From the NCBI GenBank assembly GCA_951406725.2, contig OX597823.1, positions 37,386,001-37,450,000 of the forward strand: a stretch of DNA of 64,000 nucleotides, read 5' to 3'. The notes beneath the pieces were generated by a model. The model did not search any database and was not told the DNA's origin. It worked only from the letters and a program-made list of their open reading frames with translations. Below are positions 38,515 through 53,340 of this stretch, in pieces. The position numbers and the translations under genes are program-made. Source of the stretch: Octopus vulgaris (lineage: Eukaryota). Each line of letters starts with the position of its first letter. Position 1 is the first letter of the stretch.

Positions 38515-38728
38515 CTTTCTGCTGTAAACACATGGCCAGAAAATTTGGTGGGAGAGAACTAGTCAATTACATCGAACCCAGTGTTTCACTGGTACTTTAA
38601 TTATCAACTCTGAAAGGATGAAAGGCAAAGTCAAGCTCAGTGGAATTTGAACTCAGAATGTAGCGATAGGCGAAATACTGCCAAGCATTTTGTCCAGCAT
38701 GCTAATGATTCTGCCAGCTTGCCGCCTT
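38515..38728 (-). mobile_element. Short SINE, well-preserved copy (another at 38290-38480)
   Basis: Minus strand reads ggcggcaagctggcagaatcattagcatgc...ctgagttcaaattcc..ctttcatcctttc..gtaccagtgaaacactgg. Confidence 0.8.
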
Positions 38729-39059
38729 AATCATAATAATAATAATAATAATAATACAATGATGAATAAACAAATAAGTAGATAAATAAATAGCTATTCA
38801 TATAATACTAAACAACTTAGGTTTCCAGAACCTTCCTACCTTGAAGTAAATATGAAAATTAAAAACTACAAAAATAATCAACAAATACATATACTCCTCT
38901 ATACAAAGAAACTCTCTAGTTTCAAAGCCTTCACTTTGATAGTTTGGATTGCATGCTCTTAACGGTTGAACAGATATGCAGATGGCATCTCAGCAATATC
39001 AACATCAAAACACTTAACCATCATCATATCATAAATACCACAGCAATCATTTTACTGCT

Positions 39060-39387
<328 letters not shown>

Positions 39388-40155
39388 GTCTTTGGTGTAT
39401 GTTTTGTTTTTTTGTTTGTATGCTTCATCATAAGGGAAATAAAAGAGTGCTTTTGAAAATAATTTTCTCCACACGTTAAACGTCAATGGAGCTTTTTATT
39501 TTTACAAACACACACATACATACAGACACGCACGCACACACACACAAAAAAAAAATCTATGCAAAGAACAAATTTATCCCAGTAGATTTTCTGTATAATG
39601 AAAACATCAAACAATGTCAACAGACAAGCAAACAGTGTTTGGTATTGAGTGTGGGAGTCTATAGGGAAAAATTTGTTTTCTGAGACAAAATCACACAATG
39701 CACATCATTCGATTCTAGTGTAAAATACATGTAGACATCATTATTTTGATCTTTGGTATTTCATGTACTTATACTGAATTAATTCCAGCTTGACAAGTCT
39801 CAGTACAAACTAACAAATGTTTTGTTTGTTGCTTTCTACATAGGAACAAAAATACCTGTCAAGCTCCAAATAACTAGGGTAGTATCTATCACTGAGGTGA
39901 CAAAATTAAACTGAAACACCAGTGTTACAATGGATTCAGTATTTGTAGGTGATGAAGAATAACAACACAGAAGCACTTGTCCTACACTTCAGTCTTAGTT
40001 GAGTGTGTTTTTGCAGAAGACAGTCAACAAATGACATTACAACAGCGTGTATGATAATGACATTTGGTGATAACTATCATATGCATGTGTGTGTGTGTAT
40101 AGTATATCATGTGTGGTATCAAAATATTAGTAATTTGCTTAATTACAAATGGAAT

Positions 40156-41997
40156 GATCATCATCATCATTTAACTTCTGTTGTCCATCCTGGCATGGGT
40201 TGGATGGTTTGACTGGGCTGGTATGCTGGAAGGCTGCGCCAGGCTCCAGTCTGATTTAGCTTGGTTTTCTATAGCTGGATGTCCTTTCTAATGCCAGAGT
40301 GTAATGGGTGTTTTTATGTGCCACCAGCACAGGTGCCAGTTGCATGCCACCAGTATCTTCGACAACTGCGATTTTGCTTGGCTTGATGGGTCTACTTCTC
40401 AAGCACAACATAATGCCAAAGGTGTCGGTCATTGCCTACATAAAGCCCAACACTTGAAAGAAACTTGACCACTTTGCACCCACGGGGCCCAACGCCCAAA
40501 AGGAACTCAGCCACTTGCCTCCATGAGGCCCAATGCTCAAAAGGAACTCAGCCACTATGCCTCCATGAGACCCAACACTTGATGATTTTCTTACAAGCCA
40601 CCAGCATGGGTGTGCTTTGCTTGATGAGTCCACTTAAGCAGAGCACATTGCCAAAGGTCTCAGTCATTAGTCATTGCCTCTGTGAAGTTCAAGGTTCAAA
40701 GATCATGCTTCACCACCTCGTCCCATGTCTTATTGAGTTTACCTCTACCACAGGTCCCCTCCACAGTCAAAGATCAGCACTTCTTTACACAGCTGTCCTC
40801 ACCCATACACATCACATGACCATACCAGTGCAGTCACCTCACTTGCACACATCTGGTTCCTCTTATGGCTAACTTTTCTCTCAAAATACTTACACTATCG
40901 AACATTGACAATGCACATCCAGCAAAGTATACTGGCTTCATTTCTTTCAAGCCTACACATGTCCTTGGCTGTTATAGCCCATGTTTCACTGCCATGCAGC
41001 ATTACTGTTCACACACAGGTATCAAACAATCTGCCTTTTACTCTAAGAAAGAGGCTCTTTGTTGCCAGCAGGGGTAGGAGCTCTCTGAATTTTGCCCAAT
41101 CTAATCTTATTCTCACAGATATGCTCTCAGAAAATCCACCTCCACTACCAACCTGGTTGCTTAGATACCAGAAGCTATCTACTACCACTAGCTTGTCCCA
41201 CTGGCAGTTGATGGTGTCTATTTTCCACACATGTTCAGCATTTATTATGCCTGTGCACTTCCAACATACAAAGGATGGTTTCTCTGTTAACCTTCCTTTG
41301 ATGTTGCTGCACCTTTTGTCTTATGGACTTTCTACCTACACCTTTTCTACAGATTGAGCAAAGCCATCTACCTGAGGGGATTTGTGATTTATCTGCCTTC
41401 CTACTTACTATGACTTTGGTTTTTGTTAGGTTTTGATTCTATACCTTGTTTTCATACCTGGAACTTCTTCTCTAGTTCAGGTAGTGATTCAGCTATAAGA
41501 GCAAGGTCATCAGCATAGAGGAACTCCCAAGGGCAGCTTGTCTTGAATTCCTCTTTTATTGCCTGGGGGACTATGAGGAACAAGAGGGTGCTGAGCACCG
41601 ATCCTTGGTGAACCCCTACTTGTACTCAGAATTCTCACCCACCCTCAGCTGACTGATAGCATCCCTGTACAAGGCTTGTACAGCTCTCACCAACTACTCG
41701 TCTATCCCTAGTTTCTGCATTGACCACCAGATAAGGGATTGGGGGACTCTGTCAAAAGCTTTCTCCAAGTCAACAAAAGCTAAATACAGAGATTTATCTT
41801 TGGCTAGGTATTTCTCCTGAAGTTGCCTTACCAGAAATATAGCATCAGTGGTGCTTCTACCTGGCACAAACCCAAATTGCATCTCATCTAGACCAACTCT
41901 ATCCTTGATTAGTTGGGCTATGACTCTCTCCATAACTTTCATCACCTAATCCAACAATTTGATACCTCTGTAATTATTTCCATCTAAGGCATCACCT
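40156..41997 (-). mobile_element. RTE-clade LINE, 5'-truncated and decayed
   Basis: [63 protein letters not shown]; (cat)n tail at 40156. Confidence 0.93.
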
Positions 41998-44100
41998 TAG
42001 ATAGAAATAATCTCATACATTAAATTAAAATGTTCATAATGAAATTAGAAGTCACATATCTAATAATTAATACTTATTGTTATAGCCTTGGTAAACACCT
42101 GCTACCTTGCCTACATACCAAGCATCTCCCTGATATTTATAAGCAGACATTATCATATTATTCTGATGAGGATATTATGGCTTTACTGCACAGAGCTATC
42201 AAAATCTATGCTCATTGACATTTTTCTTTTGCTTTTATGTATCCCTGAAATATTGATTGGATTTCCTTGCATAATATGCAATATTATATCAACCAGTCAT
42301 CAATTGACTGAAACAGCTGTAAAGATAAGACTTGATTACATCATGTAATTTGTATATACAACTTTTCATATAAAAATTTCCTTATACCTGTTATTTTTAG
42401 CCTGTCTTTCTACTTAAATTGTGCGTGTGCATGCATGCGTGTGTGCGGTGATAGATTTCATGCAATTTGCAGTCCCTAATAATGTTTCATTCCTGTCTGA
42501 GTTTTATTGCCATCAGAATTAGTTTTGTCTTCCAATTCCTGGAGTTGATACAATAAGAACCAAATGTATATTGGAGGGGAGGGGCAGTAATCTATGCTTC
42601 TTGAAAAAAAAAAATAGTTGTGTGTTGGTCTAATCAACAGCCACACACACACACATAACTACATATATATGACCACACACGCATACACATGTTAATAATG
42701 TTCTCAACCACCCTTACATACACACACAGTGTAACAACATCTCGATACACAAAGATACACTACCATACACATGCACACACACATTTTCCTCCCTATCTCT
42801 CACACATACACATTCTTCTCCCTCTCCCTCTCTCTCAAACACACACACACACAAACACACTGTACCATGCTCACACACACATGCAAATAAACTCTCATAC
42901 ATACACACACACACAGTGTAACACCATATTAAGATACAATTACAGACACACTACTGTGCTAAACACACACACACACACACACACATTCACACACACAAAC
43001 ATTAACATGGAGTAGATATGGTAAGATCAGAAAGAATCCATTCCAAAACCACTTGATATCATCTTGAAGGAAATATAAATTAGTGCCACAGAATACTTTA
43101 AGAATTCAATACATTCCTTAAACCTCAAGGCACCAATGGGGCTGTTGTCTTTATCACATTACATAATTACACAGGCTTCTCTGCTCCCTATTCATGCACA
43201 CACATACACAGTAATGATGATATACAGCTCAATACAACATCATTATATAAGTCATCTCAGCTGGAAGTACGTTTCCTCAAACATCGGCCTAAAACACACA
43301 CATGAACAGACACACAATCAAACACGCACACACACACAACCACACATACAATTCCATAATCAGACACATACACAATCAAACACATGCACACACACACACA
43401 CTCATACACACAAACACACTCACACACAAACACACACTCTCTCTCTCCTCCTGTTTCTTGCCCCCGCCTACTTCAAGCCAAGGATCCTCCCTAATGTTGG
43501 TTGATCTGCCAGAAATAGCAATCAAATATTTCTCACAGAACACAACCTACAGTCTCAAAATAGGATACATTTGATAGAATAGTCCAGGATACACTATGCC
43601 AGAAAAGAGAAAAACTAAAATGGAATGTCATGGCTGGAATGCTTCTGAACACAGATCTACTTAATCAGGGCTGAGTTGTGGCTAAACAGTAATAGCAACA
43701 GCAACCATACTCCTCCACACAAGCCAATGAAAGTGCCCCGATGATGTTGGTGAACCAGCTAGAAACAGCAGCTAAATATTCTCTCAAATTATGCCCTACC
43801 ATCAAATATAAAGGATCACTGTGATCCCTGATATAACAGATGAGATGGCCAAGGCTAGAATGTCTTTGTTCACAATATCAGGACTGACCAGAGCTAAATA
43901 TCTACACCTGAACATGAGCCACAGACAGTATCCCTAATTAGTGTATATACCTAAGACATTGTTTTAGTGTGTGTATATATCTTCTTATTATATAGACCTA
44001 TGTAATGTATACACCTCTTCAGTGGATACACCTTATTATAGACACTACCTCATTTTATAGCTCTCCCTAGTTATCTACCTTCCAATTAAATATACTTCCA

Positions 44101-44516
44101 GGTGTGGTACTGTGGTAAGAAGCTTGCTTCCCAACCACATGGTTTTGAGTTCAGTCATGCTATGTAGCACCTTGGACAAGTGTCTTCTACTATAGTTACA
44201 GGCTGACCAAAGACTTGTAAGTGGATTTGGGGGACGGAAACTGAAAGGACCCAGTCATATATACATACATGAAAGTTTGTGTGCATATGTATGTGAGTGC
44301 ATATCTCTGTGTTCACATTTGTCCCTCATCACCACATGACACCCAGTGTTGGTGTGTTGATGTCCCTGCATCTTAGTGGTCCGGCAGAAGAGACCAATAG
44401 AATAAGTAGCAGGCTTTAAAATAAATAAATAAATACTGAGCTCGATACATTTGACTAAAAATTCTTTAAGGGGGTGCCCCAGCATGGTCACGGTCTAATG
44501 ACTGAAACAAGTAGAA
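44101..44516 (+). mobile_element. Long tRNA-SINE copy
   Basis: Homologous to 7769-8228. Confidence 0.8.
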
Positions 44517-44732
44517 AAAAAAATTATATAGCCCTCTCCAAATATACTGTCACACTGTATAGAACTCCTTTTTCTTTCCAACAAACTCCATAACAGTTCA
44601 ACAATGGAGGTGTTTATGTTTAAATCATGCAACTTGGTTCAACACACCCATAACTACCATGGGAGGAAGAGTGGCAAACCTTGATCATATAAGGACCTTT
44701 CAACCAGACTGACATACTACACATAGTACAAG

Positions 44733-44952
44733 GTGTCACATGGTACAGTAAAAGACATGGTACTGTAGGTCAAATGGTTCAGTGAGTTACATGGTGCTGT
44801 GAGTCACATGGTACAGTAAGTCATGTGATTCAGTGAGTCATGTGGTATAACGGGTCACATGGTACAGCAGATCACATAGTACAATAAGTTAGTTCACATG
44901 GTACAGTGAGTCACATGGATACAGTTAGTTTCATAGTACAATAGGTCACATC
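44733..44952. repeat. Degenerate ~17-bp minisatellite (gtcacatggtacagtga)
   Basis: About 12 diverged units visible. Confidence 0.8.
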
Positions 44953-45916
44953 AGAGGTGGTCACTACAATAATTGATGTAGTAAACCAGGAAATATAATT
45001 AAATTAAAATCTCATTGTTAGTGACAGAAAGTGATGGTATTATAAGACCCAGTGGTGAGATTGTTGAGTTCCCAATCATTAGTTTGTGGGTTCAATTCTC
45101 AGACCAGGCAGCACATTGTGTCCTTGAGGACAGCACTTCATTTGTCAATGTTCTTTATACTCATCTGAAAATAAGTACCAGTGTTAATTCGGCTATGGTC
45201 AATCATTCTGTCCAGGAGAGAACCATGTATTCTCAGAATAAACACCTCAAAAATCCAGATAACCTCTGGCCTCAGGCACCTTGAGGTAAAGAATGAAATT
45301 AATCCTTTTCTACATTACTAATTTTGGGGTTAAACAATCAAGGGAAGACAATCCTGAAATCTTAATAATTTAAAAATTATTAAATGTAGGATGCAGTGTG
45401 GGAGTGAGTGAATCTGATCTTTAGCAGTACAGTAGCAAGTAGGGGGGGGGTTATTTTGGTATTATTGGATGTCATGTAAAAACTCTAGTGTAAACATAAT
45501 TGCTAGATCCTAGATCAACCAGATAGGATTTACTTTGAAGCGACATAATATAGATTAAAAAGAGTGACTTGTAAAAAAATACCCAGGGACCCCTGCAGCA
45601 TGTAAACTTAATAATAAAGTAGATGTCAGCTGTGAAGAGTGTGGCAAAAAAATCTATCATAGATGCAGGGTTGGTGTAATACTTCAAGCTAACAGGAATG
45701 ACAGGTTTTCAGATCTATTTTGGTGATAAATAAGTCCAAATACCAAACATGTAACTGAATCTACTCGCAATGTAATACATGAGATAGTTGCTATCACACA
45801 GAAAGTACTTGAAATACAAGGCAAATGAAAGGAAAACCAGTTTAACCAGTGAAGTTGAGATAATAAGAACTTCTCTACAGCCTCTCTCACACACACACAC
45901 ACACTCTCTCTTGCTT

Positions 45917-45950
<34 letters not shown>

Positions 45951-46593
45951 ACATGATAAAAGTATAGAAGTTATTTAAAGTTTATATAATTTAGAAATAA
46001 ATTTCATCAAACTCTCTATTTACTAAGTTATGTGGCAGACAAGTTAATGAGAGAAGACTCTATATGCTTGATCAATGTACTAGAAATAGTAGCTAAATAA
46101 CAAGCAATGAAGGTAGTAAATTTTAAAAAGTCACTAAAGTTTGAAATAGAATGTCATAGCATTAATGTTCTGGCATTCTACACTCTGAGTTCAAATCCCA
46201 CTAAAGTCAACATTTTGCCTTTTGTGGGGGTTGATGAAAAAAAACTAGAATGAGGGGATTGGTGTAAGTGTTAGGGGTCAGGCAGGATGTCTTGTAGTAT
46301 TTGTTTCAGATCTTGGGATTCAGACAGCAGTACCTGGAATGACACTGGTGTTGAGATATATCATTCCAAGTTGGCACCTTTTCCCTTGGATAAATATTGG
46401 TAGAGAAAGAAAGAGTAACATGTCTGGGCAAATGCCAGTCTCCCTAAAAAAATCTTCACCAAATTTTCACCTCCATGTGTAGATGTGTGGTCAGCATTGA
46501 CCAACAGAAACCTAGAATAACAAGCAACATGAGATCAAGAACAGTTTCAAGTTTAAAATCCCCTATCTTACACAAAAAATAAACACTGTTTAA

Positions 46594-46814
46594 CCCTTTT
46601 GATACAAAACCCCTTGAAACTGCCCGTGCTTCTATGATACAAAAGTTCCAACTTTAAAGTGATCTAAATTAAAGTCTTCCCTCTCAATTTCCGTTAATTT
46701 CTGTTTCAAGCACCAGGTTAATAATGACAGTTATTTTAGTAAATTCTTCATTATTTTAAAAATTAATTGAAACAAAAACAGTGTATTTTAAATGAAATAT
46801 CATAACAAAAGGGG
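46594..46814. mobile_element. piggyBac-type MITE
   Basis: TTAA-cccttttgatac...aacaaaagggg-TTAA. Confidence 0.75.
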
Positions 46815-46844
46815 TTAATAATAAATTACATCTTTAGAACTAAA

Positions 46845-47390
46845 GGACCTCACCACATCACCACTACCACAGAACAAGAAGACACCACCACAATAAGTAC
46901 AATTCTTTAAAAATTCCATGTTTCTGATAAAGACCATTCCATGAAGAACCAAAATGTGTAACACCTTGAAGTCACTAGGGTTTACATAAATTGGACATTT
47001 GCCAAATGGATTCATTTGGCATTGGCAGACAAAGCCAAGTTCAACAGGTTCAAATATGACAGCAGGATGTAATGTGTTGCACTGAATCTCAGTCATGTCC
47101 AGAGGAGTGTGAAGGGAGATGGAGGAGGTGTTAGGGTCTGGGAACATTTCTCAGCTCAAGGTCTTGATCTTATTAATTGTAAAACTGGCAGGCACCATTG
47201 ATCTAGAAGTGAACAATGTATCAAGAAATGATCTTTTACCCTATTTCAATGATCATTTGTTGCTCAAAGAAAGTCTGATGCATCAAAACAACCCAAATAT
47301 GTCACATATCATGTCAAAAAGTTCAGTTTTCATCAAAATATTATGCTAATATCCAGGATCAACCAATCTTCCCACTACAATCAAAAACCT
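46845..47390 (+). mobile_element. Highly decayed Tc1 transposase remnant
   Basis: ADKAKFNRFKYDSR (cf. SDESKFN..DG), VKGDGGGVRVW..FSAQG, LLPYF..HQNNP..H. Confidence 0.6.
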
Positions 47391-47660
47391 CTTCAATCAT
47401 CATCATCATGGTCATCGTTTTCACATCCACTTTTCCAGGGTAGCGTGAGTCAGACAAAATTTGTTGAGCCAGATTTTCTATGGTTTGATGCTCTTCCTGT
47501 CACCCTCACCTATTTCAAAGTGTCTAAAAACATTAAACTTGCTACAGTAAACAGTGAAAAGCATTAAATCATTCGCGAGCAAATTAAATATTTAAAAGCT
47601 ACAAACAAACCAACAGGAGTTGCTAGAAATAACAATCAAAACATTTATTAGTTAAAAAAC

Positions 47661-48165
47661 TCAAGAACGAAAGTTTGCCATACACTCTAGGATTTTATAA
47701 AATAAATTATCTTTCTCATATCTCCTTCTCCACATAAATTCACAAAGATAAGAGCCAAACATGGAACTATGTGTCCCACACCATCGTTTGTTTGCACACT
47801 CTAAAGATGCAATTTGTTGAGTGTGAGTCCCATCTATTATGAAAACAAACAATTATAGAGCACATGGTGGTTACACTCCTTGTGCGTATGTGCAGCATCT
47901 TTGGTTACTATGGAAACAGAGTTCTTCACAATCAGCTATGGAACACACGGTGCTTCTTTGCTTTGGTTACAATGGAAACAATTCTTTGCCACAGTAATGT
48001 GTAAAATACTCACTACTGATTGGCTAAAATACCCAAATTTTGCAAATTTTAAAGGCTAATAACTTTTTAATTATGGATTTATAGGGAAAATCACTTTTAT
48101 TTCATAATTAGTATACAAAAATTAATCCATATATCAAATTTGAAAACAATTGGAACGAAGATCCA
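47661..48165 (-). mobile_element. Merlin/IS1016-like transposon remnant (transposase C-terminus plus terminal region)
   Basis: GTHTQQI...GTHSSMFGSYLCEFMWRRRY..LFYKILECMA fits the HTQ/YLxEFMWR motifs of IS1595/Merlin; the element end begins GGATC at 48164. Confidence 0.6.
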
Positions 48166-49151
48166 TTTATTAAATAATATATTAATTTACTAAATTAATT
48201 TATGCATTAATTAATACTGGTTTATTCATCCATTCATTTAATAAGCCATAAAATTACATAAATTTCAAGAATACTTCTAAATTTATGACAGCCATCATCA
48301 TCATTTTTATCATCATTTTATGTCTATTTTCCATGATAGCATGGGTTGGACAGTTCAACAAGATCCAATGGGATGGAGGACCACAATCCATTGTCCCAGT
48401 TTTGGCATGGTTTTCACAGCTGGATATCCTGCCTAATACTAACCACTTTACAGTGTACAGAGTGTCTTTTTGGATCTTGTTGGTTTGGCTGCTAGCATTC
48501 ATTTTGTTCAAATGGATTTCATATTCAGTGTAATGATACACTTTTTTAGGCTAATTAATGACATGAAAGTAATTTTCACTATAAATCAATAAATAAAAAG
48601 TTATTAGTAATTAAAGTTTGAAAATTTTGGTAATTTTAGCCAATTGTAAGCCATGGACACATTCATGTTTCGATAGAAGTGGAACATGAAAACTCTTTTG
48701 TCTGTTGCCATAGTAACAATCTTTGAAAAGTCTTTTATCTGTGAGGAAGCACATGTTGACAACAGTCTTTGAAAAGTCTTTTTATCTGCAAGGAAGCACA
48801 TGCTGACAAATTTGACGCTGTCTTCTGTGTGATTATTATAGCAAGTTCCTGTAACTTTACTTCTATTATGGAAAAATGGAAAACAGAGAAGGATACTGTA
48901 TCATACCAGATCTTATCGGTTTGGCTGCCACCATTTCATGTAACGTGTTGTCCATTGTTTGCAGTAAATGCATATAGAATGCTTAAATGTTTATTTTTTA
49001 AGCGCATTTAAATTGTAATTAAACATATTTAAATTGTAAATTGTAATGCATGTAACATGTTGTTCATCACATTTTCATTAAATGTATATTGAATGCTTAA
49101 ATGTTTGTTTACTGGTTTCTCTTTGTCTTTGAGCATTGAGGTGGTTGTAAG

Positions 49152-49790
49152 TCATCATCATCATCATCATCGTTTAAAGTCCGCTTTCCATGCTAGCATG
49201 GGATGGATGATTTGACTGAGGACTGGCGAACCAGATGGCTGCACCAGGCTCCAATCTTGATCTGGCAGAGTTTCTACAGCTGGATGCCCTTCCTGAAGCC
49301 AACCACTCCGAGAGTGTAGTGGGTGCTTTTACGTGCCACCAGCATGGGGGCCAGTCAGGCAGTACTGGCAACAACTTCGCTTGAATGTTTTTTCATGTGC
49401 CACCAGCACAAGTGCCAGTAAGGCAACGCTGGTAACAATCATGCTCGAATAGTGCCTTTTACGTGCCACCGGCATGGAAGCCAGTTAACCGCTCTGGCAA
49501 CAATCACGCCCAATTGGTGTTCTTAGCGCCCCACTAGCACAGGGCACAAAAGCCAGTAAGGCGACGCTGGTAACAATCACGCTCGAATAGTGCCTTTTAC
49601 GTGCCACCGGCATGGAAGCCAGTTAACCGCTCTGGCAACAATCACGCCCAATTGGTGTTCTTAGCGCCCCACTAGCACAGGGCACAAAAGCCAGTAAGGC
49701 AATGCTGGTAACAATCACGCTCGAATGGTGTCTTTTTCGTGCCACCAGAACAGAAGCCAGTTAGCCGCTCTGTCAACGATCATGCTCGGA
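49152..49790 (-). mobile_element. RTE 3' UTR fragment with an internal 138-bp tandem triplication
   Basis: Units start at 49414, 49552 and 49690. Confidence 0.88.
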
Positions 49791-50320
49791 TCAAGTATGT
49801 ATGTATATCTCCCTTTCTCAACCTTTCTCAAGTTTGCTTAGTCTAGCATTATTGGAAATTTCATGGATATAAATTTGTAAATCCAAGTTGTTATCCTAAC
49901 ACTACTAACAATATAAATGTAAAAAAAACATCCATAAAACTTCCAGTAATGCAACACTGCGCCAAAACATTAATACATGCATTTAACTACCACAATATGG
50001 GTTAAGCGACATTTTCATCCATTTGTACACCAACCTGTATGTGTGTGTGTGTGTATGTGAAAGAGACAGAGAAAGAGTGAGTATATGAGTGTGTGTGTGT
50101 CTGTGTGTATACGTGCACGTGTGTGTGTTTATTTTATGGTGCAAAACATAAAATGCTCAATAGTATCTTGTTTTAGAAGTGTGTGGAGTCTGATAAATGT
50201 TTATTCATATGTAATGTAAACATGATTCCAGAAATACAACCTTGTTTACTTTAGATATGAATAAACATATGCAATATATATATATATATATATATACAGA
50301 CAGACAGAGAAATACACACA

Positions 50321-50365
<45 letters not shown>

Positions 50366-50744
50366 TCACACATACATACACACATACATACACACACACA
50401 CTCACATACCTGCACACACATATTTCTACATAGGCACAGCTACCTCTAAATTGCTGGTGTCACAAAAAGCACATCCAGTACACTTTGTAATCTATGAGGT
50501 TGTAAGGCTTCTTTAGTTGTGTCAATGACATGAGACACCTCTAAAAAAAAAAAAGAATCTAGTATCTAATGTAAAGAAGTTGGTGTCAGGAAGGACATCA
50601 AGTCATAGCAACCAGGCGAAAATGAAACATAAGTGAGATAAGCACATTTGAGCTTTTTTGCTTAGCAGACCTGTCTCATGTCTCACTTAGGGAGTTTGGA
50701 CAGCCAATATGGTACAGCTGCTGTATATATATATATATATATAT

Positions 50745-50950
50745 TTTCTTACATGTTTCAGTCATTTGACTGCAGCCATGCTGGAGCACTGCCTTTAGTC
50801 GAGCAAATCGACCCCAAGACTTATTATTTGTAAGCCTAGTACTTATTCTATCAGCCTCTTTTGCTGAATCATGAGGCTATGGGGACGTAAACACACCAGC
50901 ATCGGTTGTCAAGTAATGTTAGGGGGACAAACACAGACACAAAAACATAT

Positions 50951-50998
<48 letters not shown>

Positions 50999-51165
50999 AT
51001 ATATATGTATATATATGACAAGCTTCTTTCAGTTTCCGTCAACCAAATGCACTCACAAGGCTTTGGTCAACAGAAGACACTTGCCCAAGGTGCCACGCAG
51101 TGGGACTGAACCTGGAACCATGTGGTTGGTAAGCTAGCTACTTACCACACAGCGACTCCTGCGCT
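50745..51165 (-). mobile_element. Long tRNA-SINE copy
   Basis: Reverse complement of the 7769-8228 family, with 5' head gcgcaggagtcgctgtgtggtaag. Confidence 0.85.
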
Positions 51166-51326
51166 TATATGTATATGGATTCATTTATAGTTGCATCTAA
51201 TTATACACCTTAATTACTACACCTCCATTAATCCCAATCCTATCACAGAAACCAATTTCAATACATCCAATATATCTTAGTATTCATATTACATTATCAA
51301 CACATCATGTGTATATATTATACTTT

Positions 51327-51444
<118 letters not shown>

Positions 51445-51551
51445 CATATATATATATATATATGCATATATATATACACATATATATATACATACATATA
51501 TATATATATACACATATATATATACATACATATATATATATGCATATATAT

Positions 51552-51611
<60 letters not shown>

Positions 51612-52101
51612 AGAGAGAGAGAGATTAGTTTAGTTAGACGAGAAAATATGCAGACATTAAAATGATTATTATAATCATCATTTTACCACGCATAAACATC
51701 ATAGTTTTAACTTACACTTTTCATTGCTTGCATGGGTTGGGTGGAGATTTTATTGTAGCAGATTTTCTATGCCGAGATGCCCTTCCTGTTGGTAATCCTC
51801 AACTGTTTCCAAGCAAAGTAATATTTACACAGAATACTGGAAATGAATGGCACATTCTCATTGTCTTAGTGTCCAGTTTTCAATGTGTGTATGTTCACAA
51901 CTTCCACACAATTGTTGAAAACACACAGACAGACACCTGCATGACTACATGAATTGGCATCTTTCATTTTCCACCAACCAAGTCCATGCACAAGGCTTGG
52001 CCAGTCTGGAGCTATATTAGAAAACACTTGCCCCAGGCGCCACATAATAGGACTGAAACCAAAACCTGGCTGATTGCAAACTTCTTAAACACACAGCCGC
52101 G

Positions 52102-52150
<49 letters not shown>

Positions 52151-52575
52151 GTATATGTATATATCCTCTCTTCTCTCTCACAAAGATGCACACACGTACA
52201 CACATGTATTCACATAGACAATTACACACACACACAATTATCTCTTGAATTCAAAATATTTTCATTCCCATGTGTAATTCCTTCTCAGGTTTCATTATAA
52301 AGTTCGTTAGTTATGATATATTATATTTAAACTATGAAAATAGTTCAGACAAGCAGTCTGTTTGCATGGTTGCAGGAAATTACACGTTGTTACTAATGAA
52401 AGTTCCATGTGTGACCTATGGAATATATTTAAACTCAAACATGTATTCTCTACAACAAAAATTTCTAGAATAAGATGGCCAGTTAGTCACCAACAAACCA
52501 CTCAAGTATTTTTCAGTGGGTGTATGTATTCAGTTTAGTTATTTGCATATATTCATATAACTTTTATACATAGGT

Positions 52576-52915
52576 ACAGGCGTGGCAGTGTGGTAAGAAG
52601 CTTGGGTCCAAGTTCAGTTCCATTGCATGGCACCTTCGGCAAGTGTCTTCAACTACAACCTAAGGCTGACCAAGGCTTGTGAGTAGACTTGGTAGACAGA
52701 AACTGAAAGAAGTCTGTCATGTATATGTGTGTGTGTGTGTGTGTGTGAGTATGTGTGCCTTTGTATGTGAGTGTTTGCCCTCCCTCCCCATCTTTTGACA
52801 ACTGGTAGTATAAGTACCAGACTTGAATAAGTACTGGGGTCAATTCATTTGACTACAAATTCTTCAAGGTGGTGCTCCAGCATGGCACAGTCTAATGACT
52901 GAAACAAGTAAGAGA
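52576..52915 (+). mobile_element. Long tRNA-SINE copy
   Basis: Homologous to 7769-8228. Confidence 0.8.
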
Positions 52916-52987
52916 TAATAAGATATATATATATTCAGTTTATATATATTCTAAATATATATATTCAGTTTAAGTCTTAAAAATATT

Positions 52988-53326
52988 AATGATGGAAATT
53001 GTAGCTGTGATACCAGTGCTAGTGGCACATAAGAGAACCATCCGAACGTGGCCGTTGCCAGCACCATCCTGACTGGCCTCCGTGCCGGTGGCACATAAAA
53101 AGCACCATCCGATTGTGGCCGTTGCCAGCCTCGTCTGGCACATAAAAAGCACCCACTACACTCTCGGAGTGGTTGGCGTTAGGAAGGGCATCCAGCTGTA
53201 GAAACTTTGCCAGATAAGACTGGAGCCTGGTGCAGCCTTCTGGCTTTCCAGACCCCAGTTGAACTGTCCAACCCATGCCAGCATGGAAAGCGGACGCTAA
53301 ACGATGATGATGATGATGATGATGAT
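52988..53326 (+). mobile_element. RTE 3' UTR fragment
   Basis: Near-identical to 31580-31910, with a (tga)n tail. Confidence 0.88.
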
Positions 53327-53340
53327 ATATATATACAATC

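Noticed and set aside
39856-39910. Possible 55-nt minus-strand internal exon (cag|..|gta)
   Set aside because: Weak polypyrimidine tract and donor; cannot be distinguished from chance without transcript data.
44733-44952. Regularly spaced repeats resembling a CRISPR array
   Set aside because: The units are contiguous and degenerate with no unique spacers, there are no cas genes, and the context is eukaryotic.
45560-45726. Cys-rich frame (CKLNNKVDVSCEECGKKIYHRC) as a zinc-finger exon
   Set aside because: No clear splice sites, flanking stops and no recognised family.
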